In this document: positions 37,861 to 52,900 of the stretch, one piece after another
Layout of the letters: every line of letters begins with the position of its first letter
Position numbering within the stretch: the first letter of the stretch is position 1
Translations under genes and position numbers: made by a program
Notes under the pieces: model-generated
Databases searched by the model: none
What the model was told of the DNA's origin: nothing
Seen by the model: only the letters and a program-made list of their open reading frames with translations
Source of the DNA: Camelus ferus
Lineage: Eukaryota
DNA: 64,000 nt
Assembly (NCBI RefSeq): GCF_009834535.1
Contig: NC_045696.1
Location: 10,914,001 to 10,978,000, forward strand
Direction of reading: 5' to 3'

Positions 37861-40800
37861 TGAAAGGTTGTTTTTATTTAAAATGTTGCCAAGATTGGAA
37901 CGTATAACTTATATGAACACTAATTTGAATAGTTTTGTATCTTTCAGCTAGAATTCTGATTACTTAATAATACGAAGAAAACCTTTTCCTTTTAAAATCG
38001 TTTTCTTTTTATGTATGATGAAATGGAAAGAGACGTTACCACCAGCTAGTTATGTGATCTTGGATGAATCACTTAACCTTTAGTCTTTTTCTTTTGAAAA
38101 TGAGTAGCTTGAACTGCATTATCTGTGGGATCCTCTGACTAGAGGCTCTCTGGTTCTAGAATAGTGCCCGCATGCAAATAAGCCAGCCACAAACTGCGGA
38201 GCGTGCAACCATAGGCAAACTGTGATTCTAGGAAGATCATGCTAATTTGTAATCTTACTTTCACATTCCTCCTGGTTTTCTTTAGTCTGGTCTTCTGTAT
38301 CAGCTGAGGAAAGACAGTCTGTTCCCACCTAGAAGGTTTGAGCCACAGCAGAATGTTGACATTGGATGGCCGGATCTTCATTCGGTAGCTTGATTATTTA
38401 GTTTAGAATACTGTAATTCATCAGAATTTAGAGAAATTTACATATAAATTTAATCCTCAGAACACCATTTAAGTTTAAGAAAAGTGACTTTTAAATTATC
38501 TGATGATGTTAGGTAATGAGTTAGTTTTGTTTCTTTCTGTTCAGACGGTGGCATTGGCAGAGCAGGTATGACCACTATGTGACAGTTATTCTATGTTTAA
38601 TAAGCCTCTGTTTTAGAATCACAACTCATGAAAATCAAGAAATGGATATATGATTATGTTTTTATCTGAATTTCTATAGCCTGATCTTATGTTTCATAAT
38701 TTGCCTTCAGTTCTGATTTGTGAAGAGAGGCTGTAGTGCTGAGTAATGCCAGCTATGTCATATGACACAGTGCTGTAAAAGCAAGCCACTCCAGCAGAAA
38801 AAACTGTCGACTAATGTGACAGAGAACAATCGGTATGTTAAATTTTGATAGAGAACAATTGATATATTTATGCTCTGAGTGGTTTCTGCAGTCTGTTAAA
38901 ATAGATCATCTTGATAGCTCCTATTTTCACTACTTTTCCTGTAACTTAAATAGGAACTGTAGATTAGGCCTGCCTTCAGTCATGAATTTGTTCAGTTAAA
39001 AGAACTCTGAAAACATGCATAGAGTTAGAATAATGCATGAGTTAAGCTATCTGTATGAAGTTGTAGGGTATCACTAGCTCAGGGCTTTATGTAGTTTAAA
39101 TTATTTCTTAACTACCTCTGTGATGATAAGTAAAGGCAAGTTTATTATTTTCCAACTATACCTTCTTCAACAGAGGAGGGTATTAAGGCTAAGTTATTTA
39201 GGACAATTGTAAGGAAAACTTCTATGACAGAGTATAGCAGAAGTTACTATTCCTGGGGTCTCCATTCTCTAACTACCTAGTCTTCTCCTTTCCCAATTTA
39301 TTACATATTTATTATTTGATGAATAATGTGGTGGCCTTGGGAAGGACTGGGAAGGGCTGGCCACGGGCTGATCTCAAGGTTGTCGAACCTTACTGCTCCT
39401 TTTTAAGTTGATAAAAGTCCTAGTGCACATTGAGCTTTTGACTAATTGGAGGAAAATAACCTGTCGGATCTCTTAGAATTCCAGTAGCCTCTTCTCTCTC
39501 ACTGACTGGCCAAAGTTATCTTGTTTTCTCTCCTCTCTGAATTTATGCAGGATACCAAAGAATGCTGTCAGAATAAATTTTATTTGGGGGAATATCAAAC
39601 ATACATCAAAGAAGAAAGGACAGTATTATTGATTCCCATGTGTCTGTCAGCCTCAGCGATTAGCATGGACACTAGTGTTTATCTGTATCCCTTATCTACT
39701 GTCTCCCCCTCCCCGTTTATTTTGAAGTAAACCCTGAACATCATTTAATTTCATCCATAAGTGTTTTTATGAGAATAAATGTTTATGGCACATATTTTAT
39801 TTTGCTTTAAATTTTTTTCTGTGACCTTACTCATATTCGTATATTCGCTAGGTAGAATCAGAAGGCCTTCAGATGATCAGTTCTAATGATGTGAGGATAT
39901 ATTTAAAAATATAACTATACTTAAATTGATTTACGCTTAAGATAGCTTTGTGTTCTCAGGAAATGCATATTGGCATTAGACTGAAGACTTAAGTTTTAAA
40001 GCATGAATGAAAAATAGTGTTGTTATTGTGACACCAGAAGAAACGTTTTTCCTTTTAAAATAAGCTATGGAGGGAGTTAGGTACTATTGATGCCTGAGGT
40101 GTCAGAGCAGTAACTTGAGAAGCCTGGCTCTGCTGTACCTCGCAGGTGCGCTGATGAGGTGCATTCTCCTTACCTCCGCTGAACTGGCTGCTCGAGATCT
40201 TGATTGGCTCAGAATTACTCCTATAACAATGGTCTTCTTGGACATTCATACCTACTTGTGATTAGAAATAAGTAACTTGCAAAAAGAAAGGTTTGTTTTT
40301 CATTGCATTTTGTTTGTTTAATAACAGCAACATGAAAAGGAGGAAAAACAAAGCCCTCTTAACAAAAAGCAATCTGTCCTCGTGGAAAGCACAGTAGATG
40401 CCTTGAAAGACTGCACTAGCAGGAGAGTGAGTGGCCTGACCTCGCCCTGTGACCATGTTTCCTGAACTTTCATTTCTACTTGTTCTTCCACTTTGTTGCC
40501 CCTGAGCCCTCCACACCCCTTGCCATTTTATACACTCTACCAGCTTAGACCCTGGTTAGTGGTCCCCTGACAATGCCTGTCTTCCCCACCCCACCTTCAC
40601 GCCCCACTGTGGACATCACGTTTGAAAATTTCCAGACATCACTAGGAGGAATTGTTAAACTTCAGTCAATAATGGGGCATTCAGATACTGTGAATGGTAA
40701 GATAAAATGTTTATCCTTTTACGTGCTATTTTAAAACTAGCAAAACATTCCCTTTTGTGCCCAAACCTCTCAATTTATTTTTGTCTATTAGATGAATACT

Positions 40801-41549
40801 TAATCAACAGCTGCAGTGTTCAGAGACTCTGTGTTAGGTGGGTATTGTGTTGAGCTATAAAGAAATAAGACCTAGTTTCTATTGCTATTATTATACAGGT
40901 GTCTGTAGTAGCAAATAAAGAGCAGAAAGAGAGTTCCTTCCAGCCAGAGTAATCAGAGAAAGCTTCAGGAAGAAAGTAGCATGTTTTGTTAGGTATTGAA
41001 AGGTGGGTAATATTTGGAAGCACAAAGATGGCTAAAGGGTCTTTGGGATGAAAAGAACACTGAACAACAAAAGAGGGAAGGGAGAGGAAAGATCTTGGAG
41101 CTTGTAGAAGGGGCAACACGTGATTCATTTTGGCTGAAGCCTGGGATGCAGGGGGAGAGTGTTCAGGGGAAAAGAATGATAAGGGTGGGCTGAGAAGAGT
41201 CGTTACAAATGCTTTGTTTTATCTAAAGGTTATACACATTGTTGTAAAGTATTACAGCTTCCTTATTTTAAATAATCTCATTATAGTGGAAGATTCTCAA
41301 ATTACTTTCTAGAATTAAATTACCAGAGAAATGGAACGAATAATTTAATTAGGTCCAATCTATTTCTCTGTATCTCATGCAGTTTCATAAAACAAGGGAA
41401 TCTTTTTCCACCAATTAAAAAAAAAATATATGTATGCAGAGGGTACAACATGGCATTATGAGAGAGTTTATCTTAATGTCATTTAGAGATAAAAGCTTCT
41501 TAATTTAGGAATATGCACCTGCATTTTTTAAAGTTGTCTTTGCTGGTTA

Positions 41550-42580
41550 CATTAAAATTTTTTAAAACAATTTCTAACATAGAAAAGTTGGAGTTCAGTA
41601 CGAAGAATTTTTTTTTGAACTCTTTGAAACTACCAAGTTGCTGACATGATACTGTTGCCCCCAAATACTTTATTACATATTTCCTAGAAAACTAGTCTCC
41701 TGCGTAACTACAATATAACCATTAAAAAATTAACATTAACACCTTACTGCTAAATCTCAGACTCCATTTAAGTTCATCAGCTGTCCCAACAATGTCTCTC
41801 ACAGCAAAAAGATCCAGTTGATTTTGTACATTTTACTTAGTTGTCATGTCTCTTTGGTCTCCTTAAATTTGGGAAAGTTTCTCAGTCTTTGACATTTGTA
41901 ACCTTAAAACTTTTGAAGATGAAGGTCAGTTGTTTTGTAGAACGTCCCCCACTCTGGGTTTGTGTGATGGTTCCTCATGTTCAGACTCGGGTTATATACC
42001 TTGGCAGGAATATTACACAAGTGCTGCTGTGTTCTTTTCATTGTATCCTGTCAGTTGACACAGTTTTGACTTGTCTCATTACTGTTGGCCTGCACTTTGA
42101 TTACTTGGGTTAAGGTGGCATCTCTGGACAACTCCTTTTTCTTTTATAATTAATAAATGTTTGGAGGTGAGGTACTTTGAGACCACGTATGATCCCATTC
42201 CTCTTCAAACTTTCAATTTATGGGTTTATTCAGTGCATTGTAATCTGTTACTTTGTAATTTATTTTGATGCTCAAATTGTCCAAGATTCCACCAGTAGAA
42301 GCCCCTGTGAGCTGGCTTCTGTGTTTTTGTGGTATGTCTCCATTATTATTTGAACGCTTTCTTATTTTCTGGCACTAAAATATATTCTAGGCTCATCTTG
42401 TCCCTGCCCTTGCCCTGGAATCAGCCATTTCTCCAAGGAGTCCTTGTTCCTGTTAGTAGCGGATGGTATTAGAAGGCAAGGTCTGGGTGCTAGGTATGCT
42501 CGTTGCTGTCAGAGTATTGCTTATTACAGGTCCCGTCAATGGATAGAGCTAAGGAAAGTATGTAAGTATGTATGTATGCT
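41550..42580 (-). mobile_element. Old L1 (L1MC/MD-like) 3' region
   Basis: Motifs shared with the copies at 5790-6660 and 14100-14720 (ttgtagaacgtccc...tgggtttg..., ggaatcagccatttctccaaggag). Confidence 0.7.
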
Positions 42581-43337
42581 GTCACTGCCGCTTCCTCCAC
42601 CACATAGGTGCCTTCCTCACCCCACTGGGGCTCCAACACCCTGTCCTGGGCTCCTTCCAGTGACCCCTGCTCTCCCCCCGCCCCTCAAGCTCCAACATAC
42701 CATGCCAGGCCACTCCCACCATCCTTGGGTGGACACCACCCTCCTCATTTCACTCAACTGTCAATATCTCATGCCAGGCTGCCCCTCCTCCCAAGTGGTT
42801 GCTTTCTTTCCCCACCTCTGGCTTCAGCTCCATGAACAGGGCCATGATAGCCTGGGCTCTGATAGCCTGCAAAGCACCTCCTTCCATTCTGCCCCAAACC
42901 TTTAAAGCATAAGTGGAAAAACAGGTAAACATCCACAGGCCTTTAGATTAAAAATATTTAAGAAGAAAAGATTGTTTTCTTTTATGAAGTTGGAAATGAC
43001 TAGAGGTAAAGGTTCATATGGCTCTGAAATCTCGTTCAGCAGTTCACTGAACATACAATTACTAAACTCCTGGATGCCAGGCACTGAGCTAGGCCCCGGG
43101 GGTAGGGCAGTGACCTGGGCAGAGCCCCTTCCCTCGTGAAGCTGCGCTCTCTGTCTCTGGCTGTTTACGCTTAGACGAGTTAGTAACAAATTAATAACCT
43201 CTCTAAGCCTGTTTTCCTCATGTCAAATGAAAATAGTAGTAATTCTGCTCATGGGGTGGTTGTGAAAATTGAATAATGCATAGAAAATACCTAGCCCATG
43301 AGGTAGTTAGCTGCTGTCACAGTCATCACAGAAACAG

Positions 43338-43414
43338 GTGGGTAAGGTACGGCTCAGTGGTAGAGCATGTGCTCAGCATGCATGAGGCCCTGGGTTCAAT
43401 CCCCAGTACCTCCA

Positions 43415-43467
<53 letters not shown>
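43338..43467 (+). mobile_element. tRNA-derived SINE (Vic-1-like, short form) with 13-bp TSD
   Basis: A/B boxes, poly(A) then (TA)n tail; TSD ATCACAGAAACAG at 43325-43337 and 43468-43480. Confidence 0.92.
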
Positions 43468-43469
<2 letters not shown>

Positions 43470-46138
43470 CACAGAAACAGTATACAGGTACCTCAGCTGA
43501 AACAACACTTGTCACTCTAAAAAATCATTTTAAAATTTCATGTAGTGTTTTGAGGGGAAACCAAAAAATTCCTAGCAGGAAAAATGACATCTAATCTAGT
43601 CTTCGAATCATTTCTCTTTCCTTAAGCACACTTTTATCTAAGAATAAGCACTTTAGTTTAAATTGTGTGTGTATGTCCTGTTTCCTGAGTCTCAGAATGT
43701 AATACAAAAGCATAACTAACTAAGCAGCATGACGTTTGTTTGCATGTGTGAATCGGGTGACAGTCTAATACATGGGTCTTCATTGGGCCTGAGAGACATG
43801 ATATACCCATATATTTGGAGCACAACTAACGAAAAGGTAATTATATTGCATAATTAGAAGAGAGAAGATTTTGCATGGTAATTTGTTATAAAATGGCTTT
43901 TTGTTTTCTAAGGGAAAGTGATGACTTAAAATTAAAAATATATTTTATTTCAAACCCCTATTTACTGCTAAAACCTATAGATACGTCTAGTAATTCCTGT
44001 ATTACTCTATTAGTGATGGTATTTGAAGTGCATGTAGCATATAAAGTGTAAAACTAGAATAACATTTACCCTGGAAGCCATGCTTTCTGTCTTAGAGATG
44101 TTAAGTCTCTCTAAGGTTTGCTTTTGTGTACATATGGTCCTCTTAATGAGGCCGTATTTGGGGGAAAGGGTTTCTGTTTTACTTTATAAAATATAATTAA
44201 AATTTATGTTATGATGTTTTATATTTGTGTTCCTTGTCATGGAACGTTGGGAGTATCTGTTCTCTATTGTATATAGTATAATAAAAATAATAGGAATTAT
44301 CATTTTAGGAATGCAGAAAGAAATTCAAATCCCCATCATTTTAATGACTTGGTGAAATCCTACTCCCTAATTTCATACTGGGTGGTTTGATAAAAATAAA
44401 GGCCCACCCCTAATAATGAACATACTAAAGAACTGTAACATTGTGACAGTTTCAGTTAATGGCGTGATTGATCGTTTAGTCTTAGCCTGTGCTGCCAGCT
44501 AGCAGAGCACAGCTCATTCAGAGGCAGAAGTGGGATAACCAGGAAGAAGTGTAAAAGTAGATGGTCTGAAAAGAGGTGCAGTAGGCAGGGAACGTGAGGT
44601 GGTCTGTAGAACCCTGGAGAAGAGCTCTGAGACACAGGGGAAGAGCTCTAATGTAGAGCACTGTGGGATATTAGGCAAAGCCAATAGACTTCACTAGCAG
44701 TAGAAGATAGCCCTTTTCTTGACAATAGAGATTGAGAAGAAAGCCATGAGGATCTGCTTACATGCTTTTCTAATGTGGAACACATGAGTATTGTCACAAG
44801 ATACTCTAGTTCTGTATCAGAATCTAATTTATTAGAATATTAGAATTGATAATGTCATGTACAGATCATAGAGGAATGAGGAAAGGGAAAAGGGGCCAGT
44901 GCAAGAGAAAAGAGGTAAATAAGGAGTGGAGCAGTCCGCCAGGAGGTGAGTTGGGTGTGGGGTGGGGAGTGGATGAGGGAGGGCAGTAGAGAGGAAAGAA
45001 TTGGAAGGGAAAGGACTGAATGAGGAAGAGGATCATATCTTTCCAGATCTGCAGACCGTAGAATGTACTGTTTGTAATTGTTCATGGAGATACTAGCTAT
45101 GATTTATGTTTCTTTGGTCCTGTGTCCAATTTTTAATAAGTGTATTTGCTAAGAACTCGGAAGATTTACCTTTAAAGCTTCAGGATTTGTTTTTGTTTAA
45201 CAACTACAACAGCCTGTCCTAAGGAAATTACTCCGTGGGTTATTCATTAGCAGATAACATTAACTTTATAGCAGAAGAAATAAATCCAGACAAAGGTCAG
45301 ACTCATGATTTCCCTGTTCCTGTGCTAGACTCTGCGGTGAGGTGTTACCATTAGCTTTCATTATTTAAACGTTTGCAGTCTTCTGTGTGTCAAGCACTGT
45401 TCTAAGTGCCAGGGTTGAAACGATGAATAGGACAGAGTTCCTGCCTACAAGCAGCAGGCCGGCTAAGGAGAAAGACAAGTGATGAGTGTCTTTAAAATGT
45501 TTTGAAGAGGGAGCTCTGTTGAAAGAACTATGCCTGGAGGAATAAAGAAAGGTTTCCAGGAAGTAACTGTATGCCTAGGTTTTTATAAGGTGAATAGAAT
45601 TTTGCCGAGAGGCAAAGGTTGTGTAGAGTCTTGCAGGCAGAAAGCCAAATTGCTGTGCAAAGGTACAGAAATGTGAAAAGAGCATGTTTGGGTAATAGTG
45701 AGAGTTTAATGTGATTGGTGTGTAGGATGCATGGGGCGGGGGGAGGGAGAGGGCAGTAATAAAAAAGCGAAGCAGGCAAGATATGTGGAGGCCAGATTTT
45801 AGAAGATTCCTTGTTAAGGAGTTGGATGTTGTCTTACAGGGGATATCATAACGTAGTGTGTTCCTGGTATTAAGAGTAGGCAAACAGATCAGTGAGACAG
45901 GGAAGAAAATTCAAAAGCAACCTCCAAAATATATGAATATTATTAAAGTTTGTACTTCAGATCACTGGGGTAGGATGGATTAATGAATAGATGGTGCTAG
46001 AATAACTTGTTAATTCTTTGGGAAAAACTATTAAGTTAACTAGTTTGAAAAAATATTTTATGCAGTACATTTAGGTTAAGAATATCTCATTTAGATTTAG
46101 GCATTTTGGGTTGAAACTCTGGCTTTATCGCTAAATAG

Positions 46139-46315
<177 letters not shown>

Positions 46316-47567
46316 TAATTAATTTATATTTTCATTTCTATTTTTGTAATTCTAAGGATTTGAGAGAGATTACCTATTTCAGATACCATATTTGAGCTGT
46401 AAGTACATAACATCTTTTAAACCTTAATTAAGCTAATCTTGGGATAATGTTTGTTGCCCAAAAAGGTATGCTATGTGCTTATGCCCTTGTGAGTTTAAGT
46501 TCCAGAAATAGCAGCCTATTTGAACACTTGAAGAGATTGGTATTACCTGTCAGGAGAGAAGATCGGGACATTTCCCTTTTTCTTTGCTTCAGTGCATTTA
46601 GGAAAAGATGCCTTCCTAGGAACTACACCACTGATTTCCCTGGTTTACAGTGGAAAAGAAATACATATGTTTTGTATTCAAAAGATCTCAGCTTGAGCCT
46701 GTCTCTTCCACATAGTGTCACCATGGCTACAGAGTAACCTTTGTGGTTACCAGTTTGATTCTGTAATGGTGTGACCTGGAGTGTGGCCCAAGGACTGGCT
46801 ACCGGTCCGTGAACTGTTTTGTTATTGGTCTGGATGAGGTAAAAAGCTTGCACCATCATGCAGATCAACACATGGCTTCCTTCACTGATAAAGTCTTACT
46901 TACTGAGAATGAAGGAAGTCAGCTAAACCACATGGTAAACTTAGTGATGTAGCTAATTTCTGTTCTGGAACAAGCACCTTTTCTCACTGCGAACAGGTAA
47001 TTGTGAACTGGTTCATGACCATACTCTGAGGAGCGCTGGTCTATACGATGGAGATTTGCCATTTATTATTCATCTATCACATGTAAAGCACTGTGCCTAG
47101 CATTTAGCTAATACCGTCTTGGGTCATCCCTTACAGTCCCATGAGATCTGTCTTAATCTTATTTTATAAGGGAGGATGTCTCAGGTTGGTTAGGTCAGAA
47201 CAGTGAAGTTGGTCTAGATAGTAAGTTGTGGAGGAGCCAGGATTTGGGGCACTTCTGCCTACATCAAAGCCCACACTCACAGTACACCCCAGCTGAATTC
47301 CACCTGCATACTCATTTCCTAGGTTTTTTGTCAAAATTAGATGAAAAAAATCTCTATGAAAGTTTTTGTAAGCTAAATTGCTTTATAAATTGTTATCAGG
47401 GACTTTTTTCCATACATGTATCAGCAGCATGTCATTTTTATTTGCCATTTTTTCAACTTTACTGTACAAAAAACTCTCACATTGATTGTCTTATCTGAAC
47501 TTCCTAACAATCTAAACCAGGATATTTTTCAATTTTTACCTAAGTCTGGTTGTGAACTTAAATATAA

Positions 47568-47948
<381 letters not shown>

Positions 47949-48887
47949 TGAGTTTGTATTATGTTTTTCCCTTCCTAATCATGCGCTATACAGCAGCTTT
48001 GTGATTTGGGGTTTAGCAGATTTTACAGTTATTTCCAGAGATAACAGCAGTGGGCGTTGCTGGTTGAGCTCACCACTCTTCACTGCTTCAGATCCTCAGC
48101 AGAGCATAGCAGGCATCCACCATCACTTTATTAAAGTTGTCATGTGATGTGAAGCCTATTTGTCCCTCCTGATCTAGACTGACTTTCCATTTCAGGCATC
48201 TATTTAAACTATTTCTCTTAGGGGTGAATTAATTGTAATAGAATTCTGTTCTACTATTCCTAGTTTTGAGATCTTGTCTCTGGCAGTATTGCCTTTCTAA
48301 GCCAACATTCCCTTATTATTTTAATTTTAAGGTTGTTAAGTAGATGAACTTAATTCAAGAGCAGCAGACTGTGAGGAGGTAGTACACTGCGATGAAGTTG
48401 AGTCCTGTAATAAGATAAGACTTAAGTAGATAACTGTGACATACTTCTTGATTATGCGTAAATGTGCTCCATTTTAAGTACACACGAATGGAACAGAGGA
48501 CCTATGTGACTGTAATTAATACTGCTTTATTGGAGCAGACCAGATTTCTAGCATAGTGGTTCTCTTGTTCACGGTCAGCATCACTGTTGACTTTTTTTCC
48601 TTAACACAATGGACAGATTATATTTCATTTGTTTACATAGGTTATAAAGCCAAAGTCCAGGACTCTGCTCCCGGCCTCCCTCAATAGTTCAGATTCAGGG
48701 TGTTCTGTATACTTCTCTCCCTCCCAGTTTCACTGTCTGCCTGTGTGATCCTGGGTAGGCCCTGGGTGTCAGAGGCCTTCAAGTCAACGATGTTAGGAAA
48801 GGAAACTAACTCTAGAACAGCATCTGGGTTACCTTGTAGCTCCCAAGTGTCTTGGCCCAGAGGAGTGGCACAGGGGTGCAGAGAGGG

Positions 48888-48939
48888 CAGAGTGAGAAAG
48901 GGCTTTCTCAGAGTGAGAAAGGGCTTTCTACAGAGTGAG
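48888..48939. repeat. 21-bp tandem duplication
   Basis: CAGAGTGAGAAAGGGCTTTCT twice perfectly, plus a partial copy. Confidence 0.92.
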
Positions 48940-50829
48940 CACTGTAGTAGGAGACTTGGAGCCTAGCAGAGGAGGAGGTGATGAGGGGGCGGGAAGGGAA
49001 GTCAGTGGGATGGATGAGTGGACAGTCCTGTCTGCTCATGTCAGCCCTTCACTTTTCCGTTGGAAGTGATGTGGAAGTTTCTGAAGAAGGTAACAGTATT
49101 GCAGTTGGGCTTAGGGCAGCTGTCCTTACCTTTTTCTCCCCCTGCTCATTCTTGCCCCAGATTTCTTAGCTTGAGAGAGAAGAGTTTTCCTGCCATAATT
49201 AGAAGTTCAAGCAGGTGCAGATGCACTGGCTAAACGGTCAGCAGTCAAGCACGTCACTGAGTTTAACCAGAGGGAATAATTCACTTATCTTTTCATTTAG
49301 TGATGGGCGGAGGTGGGGAACATTTAGACGGCAAATTGAGGAGGTTTACGCAGCAGGAGACAGGCTGAACAGATAGGCTGAAACTCCCCCAGTTTCTACA
49401 GTTTTGCTAAGGATCGGATTTTAGATTCTGGAGCTTTACTTTGCATAGAAAAATGAAAGCTTATAGAATTCATTATGCATACCCTAGCACCTTAATAGAA
49501 ATAGTTCCCAGGATACAGCCAGATAAGTTCTGTAGCCAGAGAGTAGCAAATACCTATCGCAGAAACCCAGGTAGTTTTACTCCATCGGAGATTTGAGGCC
49601 AGTCTTGAGTGGTATATCAATTTAAATAGAATTAAAACAGTAATGTATTGTCAGCAAAGCAAAATGAAGAGTGACAGCAGAGGGAGAAACTCTACCTGAA
49701 CAAATACACAGGATCTCTCACTTCTTTTTAAAGGAGGACAATAAGTCTCTTATACTAACTCTGCTAGGACAAGAGCCTCAGCTGTGGTGTCTGGACAAAC
49801 TGGGTCGCAGTCAGTTGGGCTTTGCCTTAAGTCAATGTAGAGAATAGTCAAGTATGGAAGCATAAGTCCTATTTCTAAATTAATCATGCTCATCGGATTT
49901 AATATTATCCCAGTAGTAATCCTACTGCTCCTTTGCATTCCACTGTGCTTTCTTGAGTGGATGAGAGGGGACGGGGTTATAGCTGGTTACCAGAACTGCA
50001 CACGGCTACCCCGCCTGCTTTCTCGCTCCTGCAGCCAGTGGCGAGGGAGGGTGGGGAGCGGGGGTAGGACGGGAGGTGGCATTGGGGATGACTGCTCCAG
50101 CAGTGTTTCTGTATATGCTTGATATTAATGACCCTAAGGCTTCAAGAAAATGCTATTGCATTGTTTTTATACCTTTAAGACAGCAAGATAGTGCAAAGCT
50201 CTTATGAAAGATTTCCACTTAAATTGGTAGAGTTTTAAAACTTAGAGACCCACGCTTCAGTATTAGAGAAACTTTACTTTTGTGAAGCACCTTGTTATCT
50301 GAAAGTACCGGACAGAAAGTTTTTCTGTACGACAGTGTATTTTCCTTGGTGTTAGGTTGGTTAGGAGCTTCACATCTGTGCTTTGGAGGACTCAGGTTCC
50401 AGCACAGACCCTGAGGCAGTCACGAGGGTGAGAAGATGGCCAGTGCTGCAGGCCATAGCCCCCATTCCTGCTTTAGCCATAGCCACTCTGCTTTTATCTG
50501 TTTCCCACTCATCAGGCTTCCGCATGCTTGTCTGAACAAAACCCTTTGCCCTGAAAAAGTTTGGAAACCAGACCCCATCTGTTATGTAGAAGGTAAAAGT
50601 ATTTGCAGCAATGGAAAACTCTAGGCATGCGTTAATATGGTAGCCACTAGCCCATCTGGATATTTAAATTTAAATTAATTAAAATCGAGCCTTATAAAGG
50701 TTAAGCCTTAAAAGTAGAGCCTTCTAAAGTGAGATAGGGATGTGTGTATGAAACCCTTTTTGAAAGGAGTTATAAATGCATTATAAATGAACATATAATA
50801 GAAACGGGTTACAGATTCTAAAAACATAA

Positions 50830-51285
<456 letters not shown>

Positions 51286-52077
51286 TAATTCATGTATTAG
51301 ATGAGAGGCACCGAAAATAATAGAGTAACAGATTTTTGATTGAGTTAGAACTCATTTTGACATAAGTAATCTCATTTTATGGTTGTTCTTGGCTCCTTAC
51401 TAAGCCTTAAGAAAGGCTTCCCTAAAACAAACTTACTTGGGTGTGGCTCTTCAAGTAAGTAACAAAATTTTTTACTGATCAGCATGGGATTGTCAGTGCC
51501 ATATGTTTTAGTATTGAATTTAAAATCCTCAATTATAGAGCTAGACAACTTAAGAAAAGTGGGGTTTTCTGTGTGTGTGTGTGTGAAATTAAGCCAAACC
51601 CAACTCTTAAAAATAGATATATGTACCATCTAAAATTAAAAGTTATATAATATTTTCAGCTGTGAAACTATGTAATTGTAAATTTAGGCCGTGCACCTAG
51701 TGCAACTAAGATCTTCAAATAAGTTTTCGAAAAATATAAAAAACTGAAGAAAAAAGTTAAATGAACTGTAAAGGTACATGTATAAAAGTATTGAGATTCA
51801 AAAGGAATTCTTCTTCAAAAATTGTGTTTCTTATGCTTATATTTTCACTATTTTCTTGGTGAGTGTATATAGAAGAACTATCACTAGTTGAAAAAAAAAT
51901 TCAACTTATCCAACTTATATAGTGTCCTATTTTGGATATGTTGTTAGGACAATTTGTAAATGAGAGATTGGCCATAAGATATAATTAGTGTGCAATAGAT
52001 GTTAGTAAATTTGTCTTCCAATGTAGAGGTAACAGCGTTGCCTGTGGGAGTATTTTATACATTATTTTTCTCTGTAG

Positions 52078-52197
<120 letters not shown>

Positions 52198-52261
52198 TGA
52201 ACTTTCCATATTTTCTAAACTTTCAGGATAATTTATTAGTTCATTTAAGAGTGCTATCAAT

Positions 52262-52413
52262 TTTTTTTTTTTTGCTTTTTTGAGGGGGGAGGAGGTAATT
52301 AAGTTTATTTATCTATTTATATATATATATTTTTCAGTGGAGGTACTGGGGATTGAACCCAGGACCTCATGCATGCTAAGCACCTGCTCTACCACTGAGC
52401 TATACCCTCCCCC
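52262..52413 (-). mobile_element. tRNA-derived SINE (Vic-1-like)
   Basis: Reverse complement of the same head; TSD AGT(G/T)CTATCAAT at 52250-52261 and 52414-52425 (1 mismatch); lies 100 nt downstream of SYNJ1 exon 6. Confidence 0.92.
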
Positions 52414-52649
52414 AGTTCTATCAATCTAATAATATTAGCTAGATTCATATATGAGGACCTATGTACAGAGTTCCTAAAATTGTTTTAGATCTGTTTTTTC
52501 CTTTAATGTTCTTTCAAATATCCATAGAAATTCAGCTCTTGTATTTAATATTACAATTTTGATGTTTTCGTTGCACATTGATTTTCAAAGTGTTTCTATT
52601 TCTGTATTTACTATCTCAGTATCTTGGTACATAACAATTTAGTCTCTGT

Positions 52650-52900
52650 AGGCAGAAAAATGTAGTAGTCAAAACAAAGCTTCTGAAAACAGACTTCTCA
52701 ATTTGAATCCTTTACCACTACTAGCTGTGTGATCTTTGACAAGTGATTTAACCCCTTTGTGTCTCAGCTTTCTTATCTGTAACATGAGAATAACATTAGT
52801 AGTACCTACTTCTTCGGGCTCTTAGAAAGATGAAATGGAAAGCGCTTAGAATAGTAATTGGCACACACAGTGCTATATAAGGGTTAGATAGTGTTATTGC
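52650..52900 (+). mobile_element. MIR SINE
   Basis: MIR core agctgtgtgatctttgacaagtgatttaacc...ctcagctttcttatctgtaa; other MIR relics at about 12040-12270, 31700-31790, 43150-43310 and 59930-60110. Confidence 0.8.

Noticed and set aside
42444..42905. 153-aa Pro-rich ORF
   Set aside because: It lies in and next to an old L1 3' region with a C-rich patch, and has no splice or domain support.
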